NCBI GenBank assembly: GCA_963796245.1
Contig: CAWCLB010000006.1
Location: 20,102-84,101, forward strand
Length of the DNA: 64,000 nt
Source: an uncultured haloarchaeon
Lineage (GTDB): Archaea > Halobacteriota > Halobacteria > Halobacteriales > Haladaptataceae
Direction of reading: 5' to 3'
Shown: positions 10,884-19,258 of the stretch, piece after piece
Layout of the letters: each line of letters starts with the position of its first letter
Position numbering within the stretch: the stretch's first letter is position 1
The notes under the pieces: generated by a model
Seen by the model: the letters and a program-made list of their open reading frames with translations, nothing else
Told to the model about the DNA's origin: nothing
Databases searched by the model: none
Position numbers and translations under genes: made by a program

Positions 10884-11857
10884 CCGAGATGCACCTCCCG
10901 CTCTTTCGGCCCGGACGCCAACCCGTCGATTTTCCGCGCGACTTCGAGGACACGAAGGCCATCCTCACCCGTGACGACCGGCGTCGAACCGGACATCGCG
11001 CTGCGGACGAACGAGCGAAGTTCGTTTTTGAGTGGTTCGCCGTTCTCCACAGTCGGGCGCTCGATGATGCTCTCGTGGCGATAGCGCAGGTCACCATTGT
11101 CCTCGATGTACTCCGGCATGGAGTGACGGTGAATCTCGACCGACTGGTCGGTGTAATCGACGTTCACCCGACACTCGGCTGCCGTAATCGACAGCTTGCG
11201 AACCTTCTCCTGTGTCACCCGACTCGCTGTGAGTCCGGCGACGATGCCGCCGTCGAACTCGATGCTCGCGCTGGCATAGCGGTTATCGCGCGTGCCGACC
11301 GCCGCAACCGAGTTGATGTCGTCGTCCACGATGGACAACAGCACGTCGATATCGTGAATCATCAAATCCATCACCGCGCTCACGTCCACTGCTCGCCCTT
11401 CCGGTGGTGGGCCGAGTCGTTGGGCGTCGATAGCGATGATATCCAACTCCGAGACGATTTCCGAAAGCGTTCGAATCGCCGGATTGAATCGTTCGATGTG
11501 GCCGACCTGAATCGTGACACCCACCTCCTTCGCACGGGATATCAAATCCAGTCCTTCGTCGGGGTCGCCCACGAACGGTTTCTCGACGAGGACGTGAACC
11601 CCGGCATCGATACATTTCTTCGCCGTTTCGTAGTGGTATGGTGTCGGAACGGCGATGGAAGCAACGTCCGCAACACGGAGGGCAGTGTCCAGATCGACGG
11701 ACTGTGTGCCGTGATTTCTGGCGACTTCGGCTGCGTTTTCCTCGTCGACGTCGTGAATCCCGACGAGGTTCACTTCGGGCAATTCGCTGTAGACGCGGGC
11801 GTGATGGCGGCCCATGCTTCCGACGCCGATGACTACTGCGTTTGTTGGTTCACTCAT
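10880..11857 (-). CDS. Gfo/Idh/MocA oxidoreductase (WbpB-like sugar 3-dehydrogenase)
   Basis: GVGSMGRHH, HVLVEKP, VGHIERFNP, DLMIHDID; start MSEPTN at 11857. Confidence 0.9.
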   Translation of the reverse strand: MSEPTNAVVIGVGSMGRHHARVYSELPEVNLVGIHDVDEENAAEVARNHGTQSVDLDTALRVADVASIAVPTPYHYETAKKCIDAGVHVLVEKPFVGDPDEGLDLISRAKEVGVTIQVGHIERFNPAIRTLSEIVSELDIIAIDAQRLGPPPEGRAVDVSAVMDLMIHDIDVLLSIVDDDINSVAAVGTRDNRYASASIEFDGGIVAGLTASRVTQEKVRKLSITAAECRVNVDYTDQSVEIHRHSMPEYIEDNGDLRYRHESIIERPTVENGEPLKNELRSFVRSAMSGSTPVVTGEDGLRVLEVARKIDGLASGPKEREVHLG

Positions 11858-12926
11858 AATCTGTGATAGCGGTTGCAATCGTTCGCACGTCCTCACCCGT
11901 CAGTCCGGGATGAACGGGAAGCGAGAGGACTTCGTCCGCCATCCGCTCCGAAATCGGGGCGTCGTGTTCGACGTGCTGGTAGGCTGGCTGTTCGTGAATC
12001 GGCGTCGGGTAGTAGACGCCGGTCCCGATGCCGTTCGATTCGAGATGGTTTTGGAGTCCGTCGCGGTCCTCAGCCCGAATCGTGTACTGGTGGTAGACGT
12101 GGCGACAGTCATCGGGTTCGACCGGCGGTTTGACCGTCGACTCCCGAAGGCGGTCGGTGAGATACGCCGCGTTGGCTCGCCGCGCCTCGTTGTACTTCGG
12201 GAGACGCGACAGCTGCACGCGACCGATGGCTGCGGCCATGCTCGTCATCCGGAAGTTGTGGCCAAGGCGAACGTGGTCGTAGCCACCGTCCGCCGTGCGA
12301 CCGTGGTTGACGAAACTGGCCGCCCGTTCGGCCACATCGCGGCGGTCGGTCGTCACCATTCCTCCTTCACCCGTCGTCATGTTCTTCGTTGGGTAGAAGG
12401 AGAAACACGCCGCGTCGCCGAGCGAGCCGACGGTTCTGCCGTCGTACTCCGCACCGTGTGCCTGCGCGGCATCTTCGATGAGTGGAATATCGTGTGTTTC
12501 GGCGATATCCTGCAGGTGGTTCATCTCCGCCGCCAGTCCGTAGAGGTGGACCGCGAGAATTGCGTCCGCTTCGTTTTTCCGGACGGCTTGCTCGGTCGCG
12601 TACGGGTCGAGCGTGAACGTGTTCGGGTCGATGTCGGCGAAGACGGGTTCCGCACCGGCGAGTCGAATCGCGTTCGCGCTGGCGACGAACGAGAAGGGCG
12701 AGGTGACCACACGGTCACCCGGACCGATATCGAGTGCTTCGAACGCGGTGTGGAGGGCCGTCGTCCCGTTGCTCGTAGCAACGCCGAACTCCGTCCCACA
12801 GAAGGCGGCGAACTCGTCTTCGAACTGCCGGACTTCAGGCCCGTCGGCGAGCTGCCCGTCTTCGATACATGCGACCGTTGCGTCGATTTCCTCGCGCCCC
12901 AGTTCGGGGTTCGCGATGGGAATCAT
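11850..12926 (-). CDS. DegT/DnrJ/EryC1/StrS PLP aminotransferase (WbpE-like)
   Basis: NGTTALH, EDAAQAHG, FSFYPTKNMTTGEGG. Confidence 0.95.
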   Translation of the reverse strand: MIPIANPELGREEIDATVACIEDGQLADGPEVRQFEDEFAAFCGTEFGVATSNGTTALHTAFEALDIGPGDRVVTSPFSFVASANAIRLAGAEPVFADIDPNTFTLDPYATEQAVRKNEADAILAVHLYGLAAEMNHLQDIAETHDIPLIEDAAQAHGAEYDGRTVGSLGDAACFSFYPTKNMTTGEGGMVTTDRRDVAERAASFVNHGRTADGGYDHVRLGHNFRMTSMAAAIGRVQLSRLPKYNEARRANAAYLTDRLRESTVKPPVEPDDCRHVYHQYTIRAEDRDGLQNHLESNGIGTGVYYPTPIHEQPAYQHVEHDAPISERMADEVLSLPVHPGLTGEDVRTIATAITDYE

Positions 12927-13501
12927 ACGTCGTTCCCTCCCATGAGCGACTCGGGAAGCGGACGTATCTCGGCGGGTGCGCCGACGGCGAGCATTTCGGG
13001 TGGCACGTCCTCGGTCACGACGGCACCGGCGGCGACGAAGGCACCCTCGCCGACCGTGATTCCGGGCAGGAGGGTTGCGTTCGCGCCGATGGATACGTCG
13101 TCTTCGAGCGTCGGTCCTTCGAGGTCCGTCGATTGACGGATTGGGTACGGGTCGTTCGTGAACGTTGCGGCCGGTCCGACGAAAACGTAGTCTCCGACCG
13201 TCGTGTTTGTCGGGACGTAAACGTTCGTCTGCATGCTTACGTGCGAACCGATGGTCGTTTGCCCGTCGATAACCGCATTCGTGCCGACGATAACGTCGTC
13301 ACCGATGGTCGTCTTCTCCCGAACGAGCGCGCTGTGACCGGTCGAGAAATCGCTCCCGATGGTCACGTCGTCGTAGATAACCGTCCCCGACCGGATGGTC
13401 GCACCGTCGCCGATTGTCGGCGGCATCGAATCCGCCGTATAGGCGTATCCAACCGTCGCATCCGAGTCGATGGTCCGGTCTCGGCTCTGTGGTTCGGTCA
13501 C
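12923..13501 (-). CDS. Hexapeptide-repeat N-acetyltransferase (WbpD-like)
   Basis: Left-handed beta-helix repeats, GPAATFTNDPYP, IGANATLLPG; likely GTG start 13501 after GGGGGTGG (13525 also possible). Confidence 0.9.
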   Translation of the reverse strand: MTEPQSRDRTIDSDATVGYAYTADSMPPTIGDGATIRSGTVIYDDVTIGSDFSTGHSALVREKTTIGDDVIVGTNAVIDGQTTIGSHVSMQTNVYVPTNTTVGDYVFVGPAATFTNDPYPIRQSTDLEGPTLEDDVSIGANATLLPGITVGEGAFVAAGAVVTEDVPPEMLAVGAPAEIRPLPESLMGGNDV

Positions 13502-13639
13502 GGACGACCACCCCCGCGGAGACACAAATTGCAGGGCGTGTCAGTGGATGGTAGTGAGTTCATAGCTTGGGTCATGAATCGCCCGATTCCGTCGCACGAA
13601 CGACGGACTGGGCGTTATTCCTCATGCCCTACCTGTCCT

Positions 13640-13648
13640 CTTTGTTAT
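13640..13648 (-). promoter_or_regulatory. ATAACAAAG upstream motif (copy 4)
   Basis: ctttgttat at the head of the wbp-like operon. Confidence 0.6.
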
Positions 13649-13789
13649 ACACTCCTTGGCGGTGGGTAGTTCCGGACTATCCCCGCCACGAGCCGTTACC
13701 GCGCCGAAATCGACGTTACTCCGCCGGGAACGAAGGGTACGACCGAATCGGCGGCCTGTATGGCGACGTTACCGGGAAACAGCACCGTG

Positions 13790-13798
13790 GTAACAAAG
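13790..13798 (+). promoter_or_regulatory. GTAACAAAG variant motif upstream of divergent HTH regulator
   Basis: One mismatch to ATAACAAAG, oriented toward gene at 13915. Confidence 0.45.
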
Positions 13799-13914
13799 TG
13801 GGGAAGCGGCGATTGCCGGTGTATGCGGTGGTGGGACCCGTGACCACAGGGTGGTCGCGTACTCGAACGGAGGTGTATTGGTTTCGATGAGTGAGCGACC
13901 TCTCTTTCCACACG

Positions 13915-14467
13915 ATGGCTAGCTCCGGACTCTCACAGGACCAAGTGTTTGAGGTTCTCAAGAGTCCACGACGGCGTTACGCACTCTACTACCTGCGACG
14001 GGAGGGGGGAATCGTCGAACTCTCCGATCTGACCGACCAAGTCGCAGTCTGGGAGAACGATACTACGCTGTCGGGGTTGAAGAGCGAGCAGCGAAAGCGC
14101 GTCTACATTTCGCTGTATCAGACTCATCTCCCCAAACTCGACGAAGCCGGAGTCGTGGAGTACGACAGAAGATGAAGGGGAAATCGCCCTCTCGCGGCGT
14201 GCACGCGAACTCGATACGTATCTCGGCGACGTGTCCAGCCCGGAAATTCCGTGGGACCGATACTACCTCGCGCTCTCGCTCGGAAGCATCCTGCTGGTGC
14301 TCGGCGTCTGGTTCGGAATCTACCCGTTCACGCTCGTTTCCGGCATCGCCACTGCCGTTATCATTCTCGTCGCGTATGGGGTTTCGGCCATCGCCCAGTA
14401 TCTCTACTACCGACGGCGAACCGTGCAGGGGTTGCCGCCCGAACTACGGCGAGCGGAAGGGCAGTAG
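13915..14467 (+). CDS. Winged-HTH (haloarchaeal DUF7344-like) regulator with two C-terminal TM helices; +1 frameshift at ~14170
   Basis: FEVLKSPRRRYALYYL...RKRVYISLYQTHLPKLDEAGVVEYDR; removing one A joins DEGEIALSRRARELDTYL...PWDRYYLALS plus hydrophobic helices. Confidence 0.8.
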
Positions 14468-14498
14468 AGAAAAAGGGAGAAAGCGATGCGATGGAGGT

Positions 14499-14708
14499 CT
14501 ACTGTTTTTGTTCGACGTTGCAGACGGCATCTGCGTCAGCGAGGATGAACGCGTCGTCACGGAGCAACTCCTTGTCCTGTGGGAGGAACATGAGTCGGCC
14601 GCGCCCGTCTCGGCGAGCGCGGATGACGTCCCATTCGTCGATTTCGTAGCCGAGATCCCCTTCGAGGTCGGGGTCCGCGGGCACTTGCTCCCAGCGGGAC
14701 CGGCTCAT
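14499..14708 (-). CDS. Small acidic hypothetical protein (69 aa)
   Basis: ATG overlaps stop of upstream Tat gene (TAATG); haloarchaeal composition. Confidence 0.7.
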   Translation of the reverse strand: MSRSRWEQVPADPDLEGDLGYEIDEWDVIRARRDGRGRLMFLPQDKELLRDDAFILADADAVCNVEQKQ

Positions 14709-16141
14709 TATTTCCCCGCTCCGACCGTGATGCGTGCCTTACCGTCGATTTGGAGTCGATTCAAGTCGCCCGAGAACCGATAGCCGTCCTTGCCGTTGAA
14801 CACTTTCCCCGTGACGCGGGTGCCTTCGACCGTGTCCATCTTGTTGATGGACCCGAGGGCGTCGGATTTGGCGACCGACCCGCTGACATCGAAGGAGTAG
14901 CTGCTCGGTCCCTTGGTTTTGTGCCCGTCGAAGACGATGGTTTTCGGCATGCCGAGTTTGCCCGCAGTGACCTGCTTGCCGTTGAGGTAGACGGTTGCCT
15001 TGCCGTCGAGACTGAAGGTGGTGAGTGCTCCGGAGAATTCGTAGCTGTCGGTACCGCCCGCGATGGACCCGGTTGCGGTGCCGTGTTTGAGCGTGTCGTC
15101 GCTGTCCTTTGAGGCACCACGGGCCGTCGATTTTCGAATCTTTTCGGTGACCGAGAACTTGTAGGACGCGGGCGTCGAGGCGTTGTTGCTCGAAATGCTG
15201 ATGACGTTCGGCAGCCCCTTCGCTTTCGCCTTCTTTTTCGTCGCCGCCCGTTTGCGTTTTCCGTGATTGGGGACCGTACCGCTCGCTGCCTGCTTGGCGG
15301 TCATCGGGACGCCTTTCGGTGGCGTCAGGTTTGCGTTGTCACCAGTTCGGGTGTTTATCGTCTTCACGTTACCGCCGTGTGCACCCACTAATCCGCCCTG
15401 GATATCGGAGTCGATGACCTTCGTCGTGTCGTACCACGACCAGATACCGCGGTTGTTGACTGTGCCAGGTGCCGAACATTTGTCGCCACAGGGAGGGGTA
15501 CTCCCATCGACTTTGACGACCGTATTCTTGACGTACGGTGTTCGGGAACCAAGGGCGTTCAGGCGGATGTTGGAGATGTTGTTCGAGCGGAAGTACGAAT
15601 CTTCGACGTTCGTAATTCCTTTCTCTCCTTTGCTTCCCGGACCGGACGCATACAAACCATTGTTGACCGTGTTTGCGATGTGGGTTCGGCGAATGGTGAT
15701 GACGCCTCGGTGGGGAAGATTGGCATTGACCCAAATGCCGCCACCGCGTTTTCCGGCCTTGATACCGTCACCCATGTAGACGTTTTCGATGAGGCCGTGA
15801 CCGTCCGGCGATTCGACGCCGGGCATGATCATGAAATTCCTGCCACTGTCCTGCCCCTTGATACCGACGTTCCGAATCGTCCAGCCGTTTCCGCTCGTCG
15901 TGATAGACACTCCAGCACCGGATGCGGTGATGTCGATGAGGACGTTTTCAAACGTCACTCCATCTCCAACGTGGATTGCCTTTTGCTGCCCTGCCGGAAC
16001 GGTGATGGTTCGGTAGTTGTCCGCGCTTGCCGTGCCAGCCACTGCAAACGCCGCCGCCGTTGCGCCTGCGAACTTCAGATACGAACGTCGGTTCAACAGA
16101 CCGTCGTCTGTCGAATCGCGTGCCGTTTCGTCGCGTGCCAT
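14708..16141 (-). CDS. Tat-exported protein: beta-helix-like domain, basic linker, two repeated beta domains
   Basis: LNRRSYLKFAG Tat motif plus ASA cleavage site; IRNVG/IENVYMGDG/VEDSYF repeats; two ~70-aa repeats ending D(S/G)Y(E/R)FSG. Confidence 0.8.
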   Translation of the reverse strand: MARDETARDSTDDGLLNRRSYLKFAGATAAAFAVAGTASADNYRTITVPAGQQKAIHVGDGVTFENVLIDITASGAGVSITTSGNGWTIRNVGIKGQDSGRNFMIMPGVESPDGHGLIENVYMGDGIKAGKRGGGIWVNANLPHRGVITIRRTHIANTVNNGLYASGPGSKGEKGITNVEDSYFRSNNISNIRLNALGSRTPYVKNTVVKVDGSTPPCGDKCSAPGTVNNRGIWSWYDTTKVIDSDIQGGLVGAHGGNVKTINTRTGDNANLTPPKGVPMTAKQAASGTVPNHGKRKRAATKKKAKAKGLPNVISISSNNASTPASYKFSVTEKIRKSTARGASKDSDDTLKHGTATGSIAGGTDSYEFSGALTTFSLDGKATVYLNGKQVTAGKLGMPKTIVFDGHKTKGPSSYSFDVSGSVAKSDALGSINKMDTVEGTRVTGKVFNGKDGYRFSGDLNRLQIDGKARITVGAGK

Positions 16142-16144
16142 GTT

Positions 16145-16211
16145 TTCAATGCCGCATTACCAATTTAAGTAGATTGCGGTTCAGTCTCAATGTAATTCGG
16201 TCTGTTTAAAA
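16145..16211 (-). promoter_or_regulatory. Tandem TTAAA-N13-CATTGA promoter-like pair upstream of first Tat gene
   Basis: caatg at 16147 and 16188, each followed by tttaa; aligns with 17339-17406. Confidence 0.55.
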
Positions 16212-16387
16212 GTCATTGCTGTTCTTCATCCGGAAGAAGAATGGTGGTATTTCCACCGAGAAACGTCATATTACCACGCAACACACGCCAAATTCGGTTC
16301 GGCGCGTGGGGGGAGACCGATGGAGTTAGGACGATGTCACCGACTTGGTCGTCGAATATCTATCTAATAATCGTCGAGAAACGAGTC

Positions 16388-17332
16388 TTAGTTGCCCTTC
16401 GCTGCCTGTTCTGCACTCTTCGGGACGTGCTTCGGAATCTTCGTCTTCGGTTTTTTGCCGACATTTTTCGTCTTGACTGACCCTGCCGTCGAGCCTTTCA
16501 CCCGTGAGTTCTTCACCATCACTTCGCCACCGTGGAATCCACCGTAGACGGCGTCGTAGTCCGGAACGCGAACGTCACAGTCTTTCACCGTGATGGGTAC
16601 GTACCAGCCCCAGACACCACGCTTGTTCGGCCCGTTCGGGTGGTGGATCGGGATGCCTTTGTCCTCGATGACGGTGTTTTTCACGTACGAATCGGGGGTG
16701 CCGAGTCGGACGTTGGAGATGTCGTTGCTTGCGAAGTACGAATCCTCGACGTGGACGGGACCGCCTGACCCGGCCCCCTGTGCTGCACCGGGACCGCTTC
16801 CGTACAGACCGTTGTTTGCGTACTTCTGCACGTTAACGTTCTTCACCGTCAGCGTGCCTTCGTGGGGCGTGTTTGCGTTGACCCACATGCCACCGGATTC
16901 GGCTTCGTTCGCGCTATTCGGTTCCGCGCCGTCACCCATGTAGACGTTCTCGATACGGCCCTTGCTGCCGGACGAGACGCTCGGAATGATGCTGAAGAAG
17001 CCGAAGTTCGGTGCGCCACAACCGCCTTTAAACCCGACGTTACGAATCGTCCAGTCGCTTCCGGTGGCCTGAACCATCGCGGCCGCACCGGGTGCACTCT
17101 GGTCGATTAGTTTGTTCTCGAAGTGCTGCCCACTGCCGACCCTAATCGTCTTCGTCTGCCCTGCAGGGACGGTAATGGTGTCATACCCGCTCGCTCCGAC
17201 CCGACTGCTCATTACACCGATACCGACTGCAGACGTCACTGCCGCACCTGTTCCTTTCAGGAATGAACGCCGGTTACGCTCGAATTTCTCATCGGTTTCG
17301 ATTCGCTCGTGTGTCGTTTCGTCGCGTGCCAT
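16388..17332 (-). CDS. Tat-exported protein, paralogue of 14708-16141 (beta-helix-like domain only)
   Basis: RNRRSFLKGTG Tat motif; shares MARDET, TITVPAGQ, WTIRNVG, IENVYMGDG, WVNAN, NNGLY, VEDSYF. Confidence 0.8.
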   Translation of the reverse strand: MARDETTHERIETDEKFERNRRSFLKGTGAAVTSAVGIGVMSSRVGASGYDTITVPAGQTKTIRVGSGQHFENKLIDQSAPGAAAMVQATGSDWTIRNVGFKGGCGAPNFGFFSIIPSVSSGSKGRIENVYMGDGAEPNSANEAESGGMWVNANTPHEGTLTVKNVNVQKYANNGLYGSGPGAAQGAGSGGPVHVEDSYFASNDISNVRLGTPDSYVKNTVIEDKGIPIHHPNGPNKRGVWGWYVPITVKDCDVRVPDYDAVYGGFHGGEVMVKNSRVKGSTAGSVKTKNVGKKPKTKIPKHVPKSAEQAAKGN

Positions 17333-17338
17333 TGCAGA

Positions 17339-17406
17339 TTCAATGCTCTCTTACTGATTTAAGTACGTTCCGATTCACGTCTCAATGCCGTATTGCGAAT
17401 TTAAAT
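17339..17406 (-). promoter_or_regulatory. Tandem TTAAA-N13-CATTGA promoter-like pair upstream of second Tat gene
   Basis: caatg at 17341 and 17383, each followed by tttaa. Confidence 0.55.
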
Positions 17407-17608
17407 GTAGTGGCCGATTCGTGTGGACGGACGAGTGGGCCGTTCGCTGGCCAAATCTCTCCTCGCGAATCGGCCGTACTATATACAGAATCGGGCGTAA
17501 TCGCCATCGAATCCGAGAAATGTGGTATTGAGTCGCATACACACCCTCGGAAGGTAACGACGTCGAATTCGAGGAGTACGGCCCCTCTACACCGATGGAA
17601 ACCGACGC

Positions 17609-17617
17609 ATAACAAAG
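17609..17617 (+). promoter_or_regulatory. ATAACAAAG upstream motif (copy 5)
   Basis: 27 nt upstream of ATG 17645. Confidence 0.65.
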
Positions 17618-17644
17618 CATGAAGGGACGGTTCGCGCAAACAGC

Positions 17645-19258
17645 ATGGACTGTCAGATGCAGACCCTCCTCGTCGGAATCGACGCGGGGTGTCAGAGCGT
17701 CCTCGAACCGCTGTTCGAGAAGGGGGCGCTCCCACATCTCGCCTCGATTTTCGATGAGGGGTCGTCCGGGCCACTGGAATCGCAACTCCCGCCGTGGACA
17801 CCAAGCGCATGGCCCTCGCTCTACACCGGCGTCAATCCCGGTAAGCACGGCGTGTTCGGCTTTCTCCACTTTGACGGCTACGACTGGGACGTGGTGAACG
17901 CCAGCCGCGTCCGCGAGTACACGCTCTGGGAACTGTTGGACCAACACGGCTTGTCGAGCGTCGTCGTCAACGCACCCGTCACACATCCGCCGCGCGAAAT
18001 CGACGGCGCGATACTGCCGGGGTACACCGCACCGGAAAACCCGACGTGCCATCCCGACGGACTGCTCTGTGAGGTTCGGGACGAAATCGGTGGCTACCGG
18101 GTGTATCCACCGCGAAACCTTTCAGAGGAACAATCCGTTCAATGGTACCGCCGTCTCGCGCGTATGCGCGGTGACGCATTCCGCTATCTCGCTGACCGGT
18201 TCGACCCCGATTTCGGCTTCGTCCAGTTCCAGAACACGGATACGCTCTTTCACGAACATCCGGGCGAAGACGATGTCGTCCGCGCGGTGTACGAAGCGGT
18301 GGACGAGCAAATAGGAAAGATTCTCGACGCGTGTGAACCCGACACCGTCGTCGTCGCCAGCGACCACGGCATCGGCGAGTACACTGGCTACGAGTTCCGC
18401 GTCAACGACTTTCTGCGCGAGGAAGGATACATCGAAACCGTTCGGGGCGGCGAGGGCATGCCCTCGTGGTCCACCATCGCGGGCAACCAGCTACAGGAAG
18501 GGGAGAAAAGCTCCGCGCGTGAACGGGGAACGGCCGAGCGCGGACTCGCGCTCGCCGCGCGAATCGGAGTTACGAGTCAACGAATCGCTGCCGTGCTCGA
18601 ACGCGTCGGATTGGATTCGTTCGTCGCCGAACGCGTTCCCGAGGATTTCATCCGGGCGGCGACCGAGCAGGTCGATTTCCCGAACTCCGTCGCGTACATG
18701 CGCGACCGAATCGAGTGCGGTATTCGGCTCAACGTTGAGGGACGCGACCCGAGCGGTGTCGTCCCGCCCAACGAGTACGAGGGAGTTCGCACGGAGATAA
18801 TCGAGAAACTACGCGGCGTTCGGACGCCGGACGGCGAGCATGTATTCGAGACGGTGGCTCCGCGCGAGGAGTACTTCACCGGCCCGTACAGCACGGACGC
18901 CGTGGACATCGTCACGGTTCCGGCCGAGTTCAACCAGTTCCTTTCCGCACAACTGAGAGGCCAGCGGTTCGGCAAGCCGAGCGAACCGTGGAACCACAAG
19001 CGAGACGGAATCTTTGCCGCAGCGGGCGATGGCGTCGACCCCGACGCGAACTGCGCTGGTGCCCACCTCTTCGACGTGGCACCGACGATTCTGGCGACGT
19101 TCGGCCTTCCGATGAGTGACCGGATGGACGGCCGTGTCCTCCCAGTTGTCGAGTCGGCAGGCCAGCAGAGTTACCCCGCGTTCGACGCGGGTGAGACGGT
19201 CGAAACGGACGACGAGCGCGTGGAAACGCGACTTGCGGACCTCGGATATCTCGAATGA
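17645..19258 (+). CDS. Alkaline-phosphatase superfamily (nucleotide pyrophosphatase/phosphodiesterase-type) protein
   Basis: LVGIDA, SQLPPWTPSAWPSLYTGVNPGKHG, VASDHG, WNHKRDG, DVAPTIL, RLADLGY; start 17645 or 17657. Confidence 0.88.
   Translation: MDCQMQTLLVGIDAGCQSVLEPLFEKGALPHLASIFDEGSSGPLESQLPPWTPSAWPSLYTGVNPGKHGVFGFLHFDGYDWDVVNASRVREYTLWELLDQHGLSSVVVNAPVTHPPREIDGAILPGYTAPENPTCHPDGLLCEVRDEIGGYRVYPPRNLSEEQSVQWYRRLARMRGDAFRYLADRFDPDFGFVQFQNTDTLFHEHPGEDDVVRAVYEAVDEQIGKILDACEPDTVVVASDHGIGEYTGYEFRVNDFLREEGYIETVRGGEGMPSWSTIAGNQLQEGEKSSARERGTAERGLALAARIGVTSQRIAAVLERVGLDSFVAERVPEDFIRAATEQVDFPNSVAYMRDRIECGIRLNVEGRDPSGVVPPNEYEGVRTEIIEKLRGVRTPDGEHVFETVAPREEYFTGPYSTDAVDIVTVPAEFNQFLSAQLRGQRFGKPSEPWNHKRDGIFAAAGDGVDPDANCAGAHLFDVAPTILATFGLPMSDRMDGRVLPVVESAGQQSYPAFDAGETVETDDERVETRLADLGYLE

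Noticed and set aside
9084-11084. 666-aa + strand ORF, and similar long antisense ORFs (11814-13136, 51400-52989, 58596-60146)
   Set aside because: Shadow frames opposite well-supported genes, expected with high GC3; no recognisable motifs
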